Shown: piece after piece, positions 19,285-28,271 of the stretch
How positions within the stretch are numbered: position 1 is the first letter of the stretch
Layout: each line of letters starts with the position of its first letter
Assembly: GCA_963674755.2 (NCBI GenBank)
Contig: CAXXVS010000003.1
Coordinates: 2,368,001 to 2,432,000, forward strand
Direction of reading: 5' to 3'
Source of the DNA: Desulfobacterales bacterium
GTDB taxonomy: Bacteria; Desulfobacterota; Desulfobacteria; Desulfobacterales; UBA5852
Length of the DNA stretch: 64,000 nucleotides
Notes under the pieces: generated by a model
What the model saw: only the letters and a program-made list of their open reading frames with translations
Database searches by the model: none
What the model was told of the DNA's origin: nothing
Translations under genes and position numbers: made by a program

Positions 19285-19549
19285 GCTGCTATAAATTTTA
19301 CCCGTTGCTAATCGGTAGCAAAGGCAGGTGATCGACAAATCTTGGTTTTAAAACTGAGTGCAAAACCACCGGCTTCAGCCGTATTTAGATCGCTGTTATT
19401 AAACGAAGACCTCATTCGATGTCAATCTTTTTATAGGGATGCCATCCAAGCTGAAGGCCCCCTTATGATGAGGACAATCGCGCCCTCTTTGGGAGGCTAT
19501 CTGATGTTGTCCCCTGTGCGGAAGCGCCGCTCTTACAGCCGGCACGTCA

Positions 19550-20095
19550 TCAAGGACCTTCCAGATCCCGGTGGATTTGCAGGAGCCAGTCCGGGAAGCG
19601 TGGATTCTCCACACCGTGATAGGACTCGACATAGGGCTTGATATCGATCAGGGGACTGCCGTCCACCGCCTCCAGCCCTTTTACTTTGAGGATATGCCCT
19701 TCCCGCGCCAGCAGGGGCACGGTGGACACCAGGACCGGGTTGGGCCGGGCCGGACTGCGGGTGGCGAAGATGCCCTGGAGGGGCAGGTCCTTGCGTCCCA
19801 TGGGATGCACCTGGCGCAGATTCCTGCGTTCAGGGTCGATCAGGTGGGGCCAATAGAGCACCAGGATGTGGGAAAAGGCTTCGATGCCGTCCAGCAATTC
19901 GCGCCAGGGCTCGAAGATCACCAGCTCGCTGGCCGTGTTCTTGACCTGTTGGTGGTGTTCGCGAATCTTGTCCAGGCGTTCCCGAAGTTCGATATCCGAT
20001 TCACCGGCCTGCAACATGGGCGCTTTGATGGGACTGCGCACCTTCCCCACGGGGGTGAGCTGCAGGGGCAATGGCTTGTCTGACATATCGTTCAT
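19550..20095 (-). CDS. TrmO/TsaA (YaeB)-like SAM-binding methyltransferase
   Basis: GIEAFSHILVLYW, GIFATRSPARPNP, GLEAVDGSPLIDIKPY. Confidence 0.85.
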   Translation of the reverse strand: MNDMSDKPLPLQLTPVGKVRSPIKAPMLQAGESDIELRERLDKIREHHQQVKNTASELVIFEPWRELLDGIEAFSHILVLYWPHLIDPERRNLRQVHPMGRKDLPLQGIFATRSPARPNPVLVSTVPLLAREGHILKVKGLEAVDGSPLIDIKPYVESYHGVENPRFPDWLLQIHRDLEGP

Positions 20096-20910
20096 TGGCC
20101 CTGTGCCCCCCTCTCTTTACGCTTCCCGGTCAGCAGCGCATCGGAAATTCCCTCAAGCGCTGCGGATGCCGGTGCGACACTTACCGATCTCCCCTCGAGA
20201 CCGGCCGCCTGGATGGTCTCCTGATACCCGACCGCGCCGATTACCCGGACATCATGGTCGCACAGGCGCTCCACGACCTTTTGCTTCTGCGTGTCCGAAG
20301 TGATTTTGTTGAGGACCGCCCCGGCAAAGGCCGCGCCCGAAGATTGCGTCAGATCCATCACTTTCTCCGCCAGCGTGATGGATTCCAGGGACGGCTCGAC
20401 CACACAGATGACCCCGTCCACACTGGTTTCAACCCCCCGGCCGAAATGCTCGAGACCGGCCTCCATGTCCACGAGCATGACTTCCCCGGCCGCCAGTTCG
20501 AATTTTTTCAGAAATTCGCGCGTCACGGTGCCCATGGGACAGGCGCAGCCCTCCAGGGCCTGATGGATTTTGCCCGTCGAAATCAGTTTCAATCCATCCC
20601 GGACGGCCATGTAGTCGGACGGCATGGAGCGGCTGGTGATTTTTTCGGTTTCCCAGATAGACATGGACGGTTCATCATCCCCCTTGGAGAAGCGGGCGAT
20701 CATTTTCTTCTGGACCGCCTTCTTGCCGCCAATGAAATCCATCAGGGGCTGAGGAGATTCTTCAAAACCGAGCATCCAGGCCAGACTGGTATTCGATTCG
20801 TCGGAATCCAGGACGATGACCTCCCGGCCCCGGTCCTTGAACATTTGTGCAAGCATGCACACAACCGTGCTTTTCCCGCTGCCGCCTTTGCCGCAAACGC
20901 ATAGTTTCAT
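20092..20910 (-). CDS. cooC: CooC/AcsF-type nickel-insertion ATPase
   Basis: GKGGSGKST deviant Walker A; GCAC metal motif; DMEAGLEHFGRG. Confidence 0.85.
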   Translation of the reverse strand: MKLCVCGKGGSGKSTVVCMLAQMFKDRGREVIVLDSDESNTSLAWMLGFEESPQPLMDFIGGKKAVQKKMIARFSKGDDEPSMSIWETEKITSRSMPSDYMAVRDGLKLISTGKIHQALEGCACPMGTVTREFLKKFELAAGEVMLVDMEAGLEHFGRGVETSVDGVICVVEPSLESITLAEKVMDLTQSSGAAFAGAVLNKITSDTQKQKVVERLCDHDVRVIGAVGYQETIQAAGLEGRSVSVAPASAALEGISDALLTGKRKERGAQGQ

Positions 20911-20966
20911 CGTTTCTCCCTTGTTGAAGTTAAATCGTGTCGATAACGCCGCTTGTCAGTAGCATT

Positions 20967-21158
20967 TCAATCGGTTTCGAAGATGATTTTGTGATCTCCC
21001 AGATTCAATGCTTTGATGCGGCCCCTGAGCATTTTCTGGTCGCCGAAGATGCCGACTATCCGCCAATGTTCGTCATCCTGCGGTTCCAGAATATCCACGG
21101 ACGCCATGATGAGTTCTTCCCGCCCATCGTTGATCCGGTATACGTCAGCTTCACACAT
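20967..21158 (-). CDS. cooT: CooT-family nickel-binding protein
   Basis: 63 aa; MCEA N-terminus (Cys2), IM.SVD, IFGDQK, HKI. Confidence 0.85.
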   Translation of the reverse strand: MCEADVYRINDGREELIMASVDILEPQDDEHWRIVGIFGDQKMLRGRIKALNLGDHKIIFETD

Positions 21159-21570
21159 TTTCGATGGCCTCCCTTGTCATTTGGATAGATGTTTCCATCA
21201 TTTGTTGGAAGGATTCGTTTGCCAAACCAAGGATAAAGACGTTTTCCTGGGCCAGCGGAAGAAGGATTTTCCTGGCGGTACTGGCCATGACGGCTTCCGC
21301 CATTTGGGGGGCGATCTCTCCCATCATGGCATTGGCCCAGGTGATGCCAACAGGGCCGATGATGCAATCCGCCTGGGAAACGGTTCGACAGATCGCCTCC
21401 TCACCGGACACTACCTTGTTGGCGCCCGCCTTATGCATCTGGGCCGTGGCAATGGCATTGGCACCCAAACCGATAAGTTCGATGCTTTCGCCGTAAATGG
21501 CTTTCAAACTCTTGATCATGGCCGCACCGATACCGCCGCCCTGGCCGTCGATCACGCAAACACATTTCAA
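21151..21570 (-). CDS. DUF3842-family protein
   Basis: VIDGQGGGIG, GANAIAT..M.KAGA...SGE.A, NAMMGEI.P.MAEAV; TTG start with GGAGG RBS. Confidence 0.8.
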   Translation of the reverse strand: MKCVCVIDGQGGGIGAAMIKSLKAIYGESIELIGLGANAIATAQMHKAGANKVVSGEEAICRTVSQADCIIGPVGITWANAMMGEIAPQMAEAVMASTARKILLPLAQENVFILGLANESFQQMMETSIQMTREAIENV

Positions 21571-21600
21571 GCGTCCGTCCTCCCTCCATTCTCAACTCAG

Positions 21601-21722
21601 AAAATAAAAAAGCCACGCGCTTCTGGGATTCCTATAGGGAACCATCAGCCTTCGTGGCTTAATCTGCCTTTTGCGGCAGTAAATTATACGTCAACTTTAT
21701 CGACTTGGTTTCCTTTTGTCAA
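21601..21722 (-). promoter_or_regulatory. Sigma70 promoter plus leader attenuator with GCCACGAAGG (DUF3842-cooT-cooC operon)
   Basis: TTGACA(21722-21717)-17 bp-TAAAGT; hairpin CTGCC-GCAAAA-GGCAG; then AAGCCACGAAGGCT..AGCGCGTGGC-TTTTTT. Confidence 0.75.
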
Positions 21723-21992
21723 TCCGTCTCCTATCGAGGTTTTCCGTCTGACGGCAACACTTCGTCCCATCGAATGGGATGCATTCCGGTTTTGTTAATG
21801 AGATATCCAAAAAATTGGAAGATTTCGGTTGAACATTGTCCGATAGTGCGTTATCTATCGATCCTAACAGGCGAGGACGAATCTGCCCGCTTTTTTCTGA
21901 CTTTTTCCAGAAGTAAAAACCTCCGTCGGATCGAAATCCGAGATTTTCCGCTTTTTCTAGTTTTACCGCCTGGTATCCATTTTGTTACCATT

Positions 21993-22071
21993 GGTTTGAT
22001 CATAAACCGGCCACGAAGGCTTTGGCGCTTGCCCACAGACGGACAGGCGGTCGAGGCCTTTTTTTATGTGG
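21993..22071 (+). promoter_or_regulatory. Leader attenuator with GCCACGAAGG (DUF4198 operon)
   Basis: GGTTT-GATCAT-AAACC hairpin, motif at 22010-22019, stem AAGGCTTTGGC/GTCGAGGCCTT, T-tract at 22059-22065. Confidence 0.7.
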
Positions 22072-22124
22072 AGTTTCATCTGTTATCTCTTTTTCATAGG
22101 GGAACGTCTGAAAGGAGCAAGATC

Positions 22125-22898
22125 ATGCAGAGAAAAATGATTGTTTTGATGATTGCGGTATTGGCTGTGGGCATGGCGGTGCAGGTGACCTGGGCCCACG
22201 AATTCATCGTCCAACCTGTTCAACTGGCCGCTTCGGTTGGTCACAAGCTTCCATTGAGTGTCGTTTCGGCGCATGTTTTCGTGGTCAGCGAAGAAATGGA
22301 ACCCATAGAGCAGGTCGATTTGGCCCTGGTTAAAGGCGACACCCGGGAGAAGGTTTCCCTGGTGCCCAATGAAATGCTGCTGACCCTTGACGGCGCTGTC
22401 GAATTGAAACAGCAAGGTACCTATGTCCTGGCCGGACATCGCAAGGGCATCCTTTGGACTCATACCACCAAAGGCTGGCAACAGGCCGGGAAAAAGGGGC
22501 TGCAGGGCGTCATCTCGAGCGGGAAGTACGAAAAATTTTGTAAAACCCTGGTCGTCTCGGGTCAAGCCGACGATGGCTACAAGAAGGTGGTGGGAGACCG
22601 CCTGGAAATCGTGCCGATCGATGACCCCCAAAAGGTGGCGGTGGGTCAAGATCTTAACGTTCAGATTTTATTCGATGGCAAGCCGATGCCAACCGAGGTC
22701 TATGCCACCTACGACGGTTTTACCACGGTACCGAACACCTATGCCTATTTCACGGAGACCGATGAAAACGGCCGAGCCCGTATCCGGCTTACCCATGACG
22801 GTACTTGGATGGTGCGTGTCCAACACAAAGTGAACGAAGCGACGGATGACTATGACCAGTATATATTGCGGGCCGTGCTTGTTTTCGGTGTGCGCTGA
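22125..22898 (+). CDS. DUF4198 periplasmic protein (Ni/Co uptake-associated, NikK-like)
   Basis: Signal peptide ending TWA-HEF (mature N-terminal His); YEKFCKTL, LEIVP..P, TDENG.A.I.....G.W; AAGGAG RBS. Confidence 0.8.
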   Translation: MQRKMIVLMIAVLAVGMAVQVTWAHEFIVQPVQLAASVGHKLPLSVVSAHVFVVSEEMEPIEQVDLALVKGDTREKVSLVPNEMLLTLDGAVELKQQGTYVLAGHRKGILWTHTTKGWQQAGKKGLQGVISSGKYEKFCKTLVVSGQADDGYKKVVGDRLEIVPIDDPQKVAVGQDLNVQILFDGKPMPTEVYATYDGFTTVPNTYAYFTETDENGRARIRLTHDGTWMVRVQHKVNEATDDYDQYILRAVLVFGVR

Positions 22899-23383
22899 TG
22901 ACGTTTGACATCCGATTCGCCTGTCTGTCGGCCGTGTTCGGGATTCTTCTTGGCGGATCATCCGCTTGTTGGGGGCACGGTACCGGCTACCGCCTTTTGG
23001 AAAACACGGCCGATGTGGCCATGGAGTTCCGCTATTCTTCGGGGGAACCCATGGCCTATGCCGAGGTGTTAATCTGGCACCCTGAGGACACGAAAATAGA
23101 ATATCAAAACGGACGTACGGACAGGCTCGGGCGATTCGCTTTTTTGCCGAATGCTCCGGGTAACTGGAAAGTAGTCGTCAAGGATGGCATGGGACATCAG
23201 GTCACCGCTAACTGCCCGGTCGATACGGCTTCGCCGGCGGGACCTTCACCGGAATCCCGCGCAACGGGGGCGCCGCCGCCGAGAGTCCCGGGTGCACTTT
23301 TAGGACTCAGCCTATTGGCGAATATGACTTTCTGTATCGCGATCGTGCGCCGTTTCCGGAAACTACGCACCCGCAAAGCGTAA
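22898..23383 (+). CDS. NikL/CbiL-like membrane-anchored periplasmic protein
   Basis: Signal peptide then HG; YSSGEPMAYAEV, QNGRTD..GRFAF.P...G.W.V...DGMGH; C-terminal TM helix. Confidence 0.7.
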   Translation: MTFDIRFACLSAVFGILLGGSSACWGHGTGYRLLENTADVAMEFRYSSGEPMAYAEVLIWHPEDTKIEYQNGRTDRLGRFAFLPNAPGNWKVVVKDGMGHQVTANCPVDTASPAGPSPESRATGAPPPRVPGALLGLSLLANMTFCIAIVRRFRKLRTRKA

Positions 23384-23390
23384 TTCCCCA

Positions 23391-23421
23391 TACCGCCGGT
23401 TGACATGAAAACCGGCGGTAT
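23391..23421. terminator. Hairpin between convergent genes
   Basis: taccgccggtt..aaccggcggta inverted repeat. Confidence 0.55.
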
Positions 23422-23482
23422 CTCTATCTTCAAGACAATCAGGGAAGAGAGTGACCATTGCCCGGGAAGTGGCGCAATGATG

Positions 23483-24262
23483 TCATGCCTCGGTCAATTT
23501 TTCTGCCATAGGACGCAAAACCGTTTCCAAAGTTTGCGAGATGCGTTTGGCCTCGGCCTCCGATCCGGCAAATCCGATCCAGCAGTCCCAAATCTCGTCT
23601 TCGTCTTGCCAGCATTGACCGTTGGGCTTTAAGCGATCCGGGTGCCCGCAGTTTTCCAGCACGCGGTAGAACAGCATGATCTTCCGGACGAGATCGTCTT
23701 CGGTATCCTCGCCGCCCTTTTCTTGGTAGATGGGCAGCATGCCGTCTTCCAAACTCGGTAGCACCGTTCGCCTGAAATCGAACAGCAGGCGGGGCAGAGC
23801 CGCGTTGACCCAGTCGCTGTTGCGGCTTGCCAGATCCCGGCAATAGCTGCTTTGGCATTCCGCGTACACCCGATCGAGCTTGGCGGCCAGTGCTTCCTGT
23901 TCGGTGCCGCTGTTTTCAAGATTCCCCAGGAAGCCGTCGCGCCATTGGCGAAAATCGGCGATGATGGCTTTGGCGGCCGCCGCATCTTTCACTTGGCGGA
24001 CAAAGGCTTTCTCATCCAGATCGAGGGTATACGACAACGCCACCGTTATTTCCTGGCGTTGATACGAAGCGCCGCCGCCCGGTGCCACGAGAAACGCACA
24101 CTGCATCTTTACATGCTGCGCGGCGTTGACAAGCAGCCGGAATCCACCGTTGACGGAGACCAGCGGACGGCTATTAAACCGACCGCGATCGTTCAGATCG
24201 AACACACTGGGTGTTTTGTATTTGGGCTGATGCAACACATAGAATCCTTTCGGTACCTGCAT
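23483..24262 (-). CDS. Hypothetical protein (259 aa)
   Basis: AAGGAG RBS before ATG at 24262; co-directional with the upstream FmdE gene; no motif recognised. Confidence 0.65.
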   Translation of the reverse strand: MQVPKGFYVLHQPKYKTPSVFDLNDRGRFNSRPLVSVNGGFRLLVNAAQHVKMQCAFLVAPGGGASYQRQEITVALSYTLDLDEKAFVRQVKDAAAAKAIIADFRQWRDGFLGNLENSGTEQEALAAKLDRVYAECQSSYCRDLASRNSDWVNAALPRLLFDFRRTVLPSLEDGMLPIYQEKGGEDTEDDLVRKIMLFYRVLENCGHPDRLKPNGQCWQDEDEIWDCWIGFAGSEAEAKRISQTLETVLRPMAEKLTEA

Positions 24263-24330
24263 GGGTTTTTTCTCCTTTTTGCAAACAAGTGATATTTGGC
24301 ATCTGGCCGCCGACCGGTGCCGACCGGCAT

Positions 24331-25296
24331 TCAATGCAAACGATACCGCCGACCGTCGGTTTTGAGCTGTTGAAAACACGGGGTACAATAGGCCTTGCGG
24401 TCATATTCGACGGCATGCGACTGTAACATCTGCTCGCGGCAGGCCGCGCATTGACGGTAGATGCCGGCTGCTTCGGCATGGGGCGGAAACGGAGCAACGG
24501 GTTGCACGGTATAGAGTTCTTCCGGTTTTCGGGAGAGCAAAAAGGCCACGCGATGGTCCAGGAGATGCTGAAATTGCACAACCTCCTCCATCACAGGCCG
24601 CTCTTCCGCAATGCTGACGGCCAGACGGTGGTATTCGTCCGCATCGTCAAAGGTCTGAGGCCGCAGGGAAAACCGTAAAGCAAGGTCGGCGCCTGTGACG
24701 ACCAGCGTATAGACATGCTTGCCATAATCCACGATCCGCAAGCGTTGGTTGCCCATGGTCGCGCCGAGCAGGATCTGAATGGCGTCCAGGGCGGATGTGC
24801 TGTTTTCGGCCACGATCGACAGGCTCCGGTCAAGCGTTCCGGCTTTTGAAAGGAGACGGTGGGCGTACTCGCAAAATTTGCCGCCGATGACCAGATCCGG
24901 ACAGATGTGACCGTGGAAGTCCACCACACGCTTGAATGTCATGTTAACCAGCATTTTCCGGTCCTCCCGATACCATGTCATCAGTTCGTGATCGTGCCAT
25001 ATCCGAAACCCCAACACCCAGAATCCCTTGGGCCGCGGCGGTGAAGGGGGCATCTCGCAAAACTGGAAATACAGGAAATAGAGTTCGCCTTCGGTATCGA
25101 CAATCAGGTACGCATTAAGGGGCTGCTTCCGGCCCGTTCGGAAGCGGCCTACAACGCGCGTCACTCGGTGCGTCGTGTCCTTGAAACGGAAGGAAAGCGG
25201 CTGCTGTCGCAGGATGTCGAAGTGCACCGCTATCTTTTCCTGAATAGGATCGAGCAGCTCGTCGTAGATCGAACGCAATGCTTCCGCAGGTGTCAC
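24331..25296 (-). CDS. FmdE-family protein with extra N-terminal domain and C-terminal zinc finger
   Basis: FHGHICP.L..G, DAIQ..LG.T.GN, CAAC..CTPC; ~110-aa N-terminal extension. Confidence 0.8.
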   Translation of the reverse strand: MTPAEALRSIYDELLDPIQEKIAVHFDILRQQPLSFRFKDTTHRVTRVVGRFRTGRKQPLNAYLIVDTEGELYFLYFQFCEMPPSPPRPKGFWVLGFRIWHDHELMTWYREDRKMLVNMTFKRVVDFHGHICPDLVIGGKFCEYAHRLLSKAGTLDRSLSIVAENSTSALDAIQILLGATMGNQRLRIVDYGKHVYTLVVTGADLALRFSLRPQTFDDADEYHRLAVSIAEERPVMEEVVQFQHLLDHRVAFLLSRKPEELYTVQPVAPFPPHAEAAGIYRQCAACREQMLQSHAVEYDRKAYCTPCFQQLKTDGRRYRLH

Positions 25297-25312
25297 GGAT
25301 GCCGGTCTCCTT

Positions 25313-27448
25313 TCAAAAGACGATTTTCCAGAGACATGCCAATGATCGTCCTGGTTCGCTCAATTCGACCCCCCGTGATGTGGAGAGGAAATTGACATAG
25401 TCTTCATCCAGCAGGTTTTTCGCGGCCAGGGCAATTTCCTGACGGAGACCGGCAATTTCGAAGCGATATCCGGCATACAAATTGACAGTCTGCCAGCTTT
25501 GACCCTCGGTGACATCGTCCGGCACGTCGTGCTGGGCCGCGGCCCAATCCATTGCGAGATCGGCCCAGAAACCGGTATCACCGGCGGCTTGGTAGCGCAG
25601 CCCCAGGCAGCCGTTCAAGGGGGCGATAAAGGGCAGCGGTTCATCGGTGGTGCGATTGCGTCCCTGGGTCCAGGCCACATTGCCATAAAGTTCCCAGGTT
25701 GTTGCCAGGAACCATTGGGCCTCAAGTTCGACGCCATAAATGACAGCGCGGTCCACATTGGCCATTTGGCGCGCGGCCGGACGGAGTTCTTTTTCCGTAA
25801 TGAGGTCTTTGAGAAAATTGGCATAGGCGGCGGCGGAAACATGCAGCGGTGTCGTGTCATAATGCAGGCCGCCTTCGAAAAAGAAAGACCGTTCGGGATC
25901 GAGCTCGGGATTACCGTACAGCTCGATCCCGCCGCCAAGGTTGATGTATTTGAAGCGGTCCATGAGATCCGGCGCGCGATAGCTGGAGGCGGCGATCAGC
26001 GTTGCCGCCCAGGGCGCGGCAACATGCCAGGTCAGCCCCAGATGCGCCTGCCAGCTGACATCGCTCTGGGTCTGCCCTTCACGCTTGAGGATCGGCGTCA
26101 GGGCCGGGTTGGGCGGATCGATCCAGTCGTAGAGGTCGTCGCTGCGGGATTCGATATAATCGATCCGCCCGCCGATATTCAGATTCAGCGTTTCAGTGGC
26201 CTGCCAGTCGTCTTCCATAAAAAGGCCGCCGGTGTCCTGGGAAACGTTCCCCAGGGAACTGTCGATGCCGGTCAGGCCGTTTTTGAAATTCCGGACCCGC
26301 TCGGTGTTGTCAATGCCCCAATAGCCGTAATCAAGACCAACGACGGTGGTGTTGTGTGCCCATTGCAAGCGGTTGGACCATTTCAGGCCCAGGGTCTGGT
26401 GATCGGCCCCCGGCTTCAGCGATTGCAACGGTGACGACGCCGGAAACGCATCCAGCAAAACTTGCCGCTGGATCTCCTGGAAATAGAGTTTGAGCTGGGA
26501 TTCCGTGATCACGGAACCGGTTGGCTCCACGGTATGGGTCAGGGCACACAGGGTGCGGTTGATGCGGGAATAGGTGGCGTCCGGTCCCTCCGGCAGCGAG
26601 AGGCCCTTGCCGGGAATGCCGATATCGTTCCCCTGGGCATACTGGACATCGAGTTCCGTCTGGTGGTGTGCGTTCCACTGATAGGCCCCGCTGAGATGGC
26701 CGTGTTCGTCGCGGTACTGGCTGTTGGGCACTTCCTGGTGGTCGGCCCCTTCCCGATCACCGTAATCACGGTAGCTGCCCGAGCCGAAGATCCAATAGCG
26801 CTCGGATGCCACGGCGGCGTTGGCATAGATGCCGGCCCCCGAGGGATTGTCGCCGTAGTGGGCGATAGCTTCACCCGTGCCTTCCGCCTCTGGAGCGAAA
26901 CGGCCTTTTTTGGTGATCACGTTCACCACCCCACCGATGGAGCCGGACCCGTAAAGGGCGCTGATGGGTCCCTTGAGCACCTCGATGCGCTCGATATCGT
27001 AAGGGTTGACCAGCCCGAACTGGGCGTTGATATCCGTCGCCGTATTGACACGGCAGCCGTCAATCAAAAAGACGACGCTGTTGCGGCCCATCCCCCGGAT
27101 GTTGATACCGGCCCCCCAGGGCGAATCCGAAGCTTTCTCCACCCCGGGGATGCGCCGGGTGATATCCGTGATGGTTTCGGGCTGGACCTCCTCGATTTCT
27201 TCCGCCGTGACCACTCCGATACCGCCCGGTGTAAGGGAAATCGGTATCGCTGTGCCGCGGGCGGTGACCACCATGGGCGCGAGATCGACTTGGGGCTCCG
27301 CCGGCGTCTGCGCATCGGCCTGGCTGTGGCAGGCCGGCCACAGCAGGAGCATTCCCGCCATGCCAAGGCTTCCCAGACGGCGCGCAAGGCCCTTGATTCC
27401 ATACAGAAACTGCGGTCTGCCGTGCCCAAGCCGATAACGCCCGATCAT
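25313..27448 (-). CDS. TonB-dependent outer-membrane receptor
   Basis: MVVTA TonB box; IERIEVLKGPISALYGSGSIGGVVN plug motif; NPELDPERS; C-terminal Phe. Confidence 0.92.
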   Translation of the reverse strand: MIGRYRLGHGRPQFLYGIKGLARRLGSLGMAGMLLLWPACHSQADAQTPAEPQVDLAPMVVTARGTAIPISLTPGGIGVVTAEEIEEVQPETITDITRRIPGVEKASDSPWGAGINIRGMGRNSVVFLIDGCRVNTATDINAQFGLVNPYDIERIEVLKGPISALYGSGSIGGVVNVITKKGRFAPEAEGTGEAIAHYGDNPSGAGIYANAAVASERYWIFGSGSYRDYGDREGADHQEVPNSQYRDEHGHLSGAYQWNAHHQTELDVQYAQGNDIGIPGKGLSLPEGPDATYSRINRTLCALTHTVEPTGSVITESQLKLYFQEIQRQVLLDAFPASSPLQSLKPGADHQTLGLKWSNRLQWAHNTTVVGLDYGYWGIDNTERVRNFKNGLTGIDSSLGNVSQDTGGLFMEDDWQATETLNLNIGGRIDYIESRSDDLYDWIDPPNPALTPILKREGQTQSDVSWQAHLGLTWHVAAPWAATLIAASSYRAPDLMDRFKYINLGGGIELYGNPELDPERSFFFEGGLHYDTTPLHVSAAAYANFLKDLITEKELRPAARQMANVDRAVIYGVELEAQWFLATTWELYGNVAWTQGRNRTTDEPLPFIAPLNGCLGLRYQAAGDTGFWADLAMDWAAAQHDVPDDVTEGQSWQTVNLYAGYRFEIAGLRQEIALAAKNLLDEDYVNFLSTSRGVELSEPGRSLACLWKIVF

Positions 27449-27469
27449 GCGGTCGTTTCCTTTCCCATA

Positions 27470-27712
27470 TTATAACAAGCCGGTTTTAATGCGCACTTCG
27501 GGCAGGGAGCCCAACTGTCCCGCCAGGGCGCCCACCTCGTCGGTGGTGGCCTCGATGGCCAGGGTGATTAGCGTCAGGTTTTGCGCCTGTAAGGGAACGG
27601 CCATGCGCCCGATGATCAAGCGTTCATGGAGCGCTAATGTCTTCTGCAGTTCGGGCAGGTGGCGCATCGGGTGGCGCACCAGGAGACCGATGAAGCCGAT
27701 TCTTTTCTCCAT
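27470..27712 (-). CDS. TM1266-family [FeFe]-hydrogenase-associated small protein (ACT/NikR C-terminal-like)
   Basis: MEKRIGFIG..IIGRM.VP..I.L.IEATTDEVGAL.G.LG.LP.V.IK (80 aa). Confidence 0.8.
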   Translation of the reverse strand: MEKRIGFIGLLVRHPMRHLPELQKTLALHERLIIGRMAVPLQAQNLTLITLAIEATTDEVGALAGQLGSLPEVRIKTGLL

Positions 27713-27912
27713 GGGACGTTCTACTTTCCACAGGGTCGAACGTATCCGCACGTCCGGCTTGCGCTGTCCGCTGGCGCCGGCGGCGGGCATAACAATACGA
27801 ACGCGCCGCATAGGGATGACCGGCGCGTATTGAAAGCTCCGGCCCTGAGGTTCAGAAGAACTCCTTCCCGCAGGCCAGAGGGGGTGATGAAACGATGGAT
27901 GGAGGAAATGAT

Positions 27913-28257
27913 CTATACGGCCAGTTCGACCCCCTTGGATTTCAGGTTCTGAATGCTGGCACTGCGATCGACATAGTGGGTATGGAGCAGGTGGTGCGAC
28001 ATGTGGCCGCAGGGCCCGTCATGCAGGAAGCCGTCCTTATCATCATAGAGTTTCTGGACCATGGGATTGTCCTGGGATTTGCGGATTTTGTAGACATTGG
28101 CGTCGGCCTTATAGACGGACTCCTGGCGCTGTCCCACGAAATCGGGTTCATCGGCCAGAACCGGCCGGGCCAGGGGAAAACCGACCGCCGCATATCCGGC
28201 TGCGATGCCAGCCGCTTTGATGAAGCCGCGGCGTGATAGTAACAATTGTTCGCTCAT
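27913..28257 (-). CDS. hydB: Periplasmic [FeFe]-hydrogenase small subunit (Tat signal)
   Basis: SRRGFIK twin-arginine motif; R...VY..D....IRKSQDNP...KLY...P....SHHLLHT.Y.DR. Confidence 0.92.
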   Translation of the reverse strand: MSEQLLLSRRGFIKAAGIAAGYAAVGFPLARPVLADEPDFVGQRQESVYKADANVYKIRKSQDNPMVQKLYDDKDGFLHDGPCGHMSHHLLHTHYVDRSASIQNLKSKGVELAV

Positions 28258-28271
28258 AAGGTTCCTCCCTT

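Noticed and set aside
19290..19400. Possible NiCo riboswitch or NikR operator upstream of nikA
   Set aside because: Hairpins are present, but I could not match the NiCo four-way-junction consensus or a convincing NikR-type spaced palindrome by eye.
21705..22124. 140-aa N-terminal extension of the DUF4198 ORF
   Set aside because: Spans a divergent promoter and leader region; the RBS and signal peptide point to ATG at 22125.
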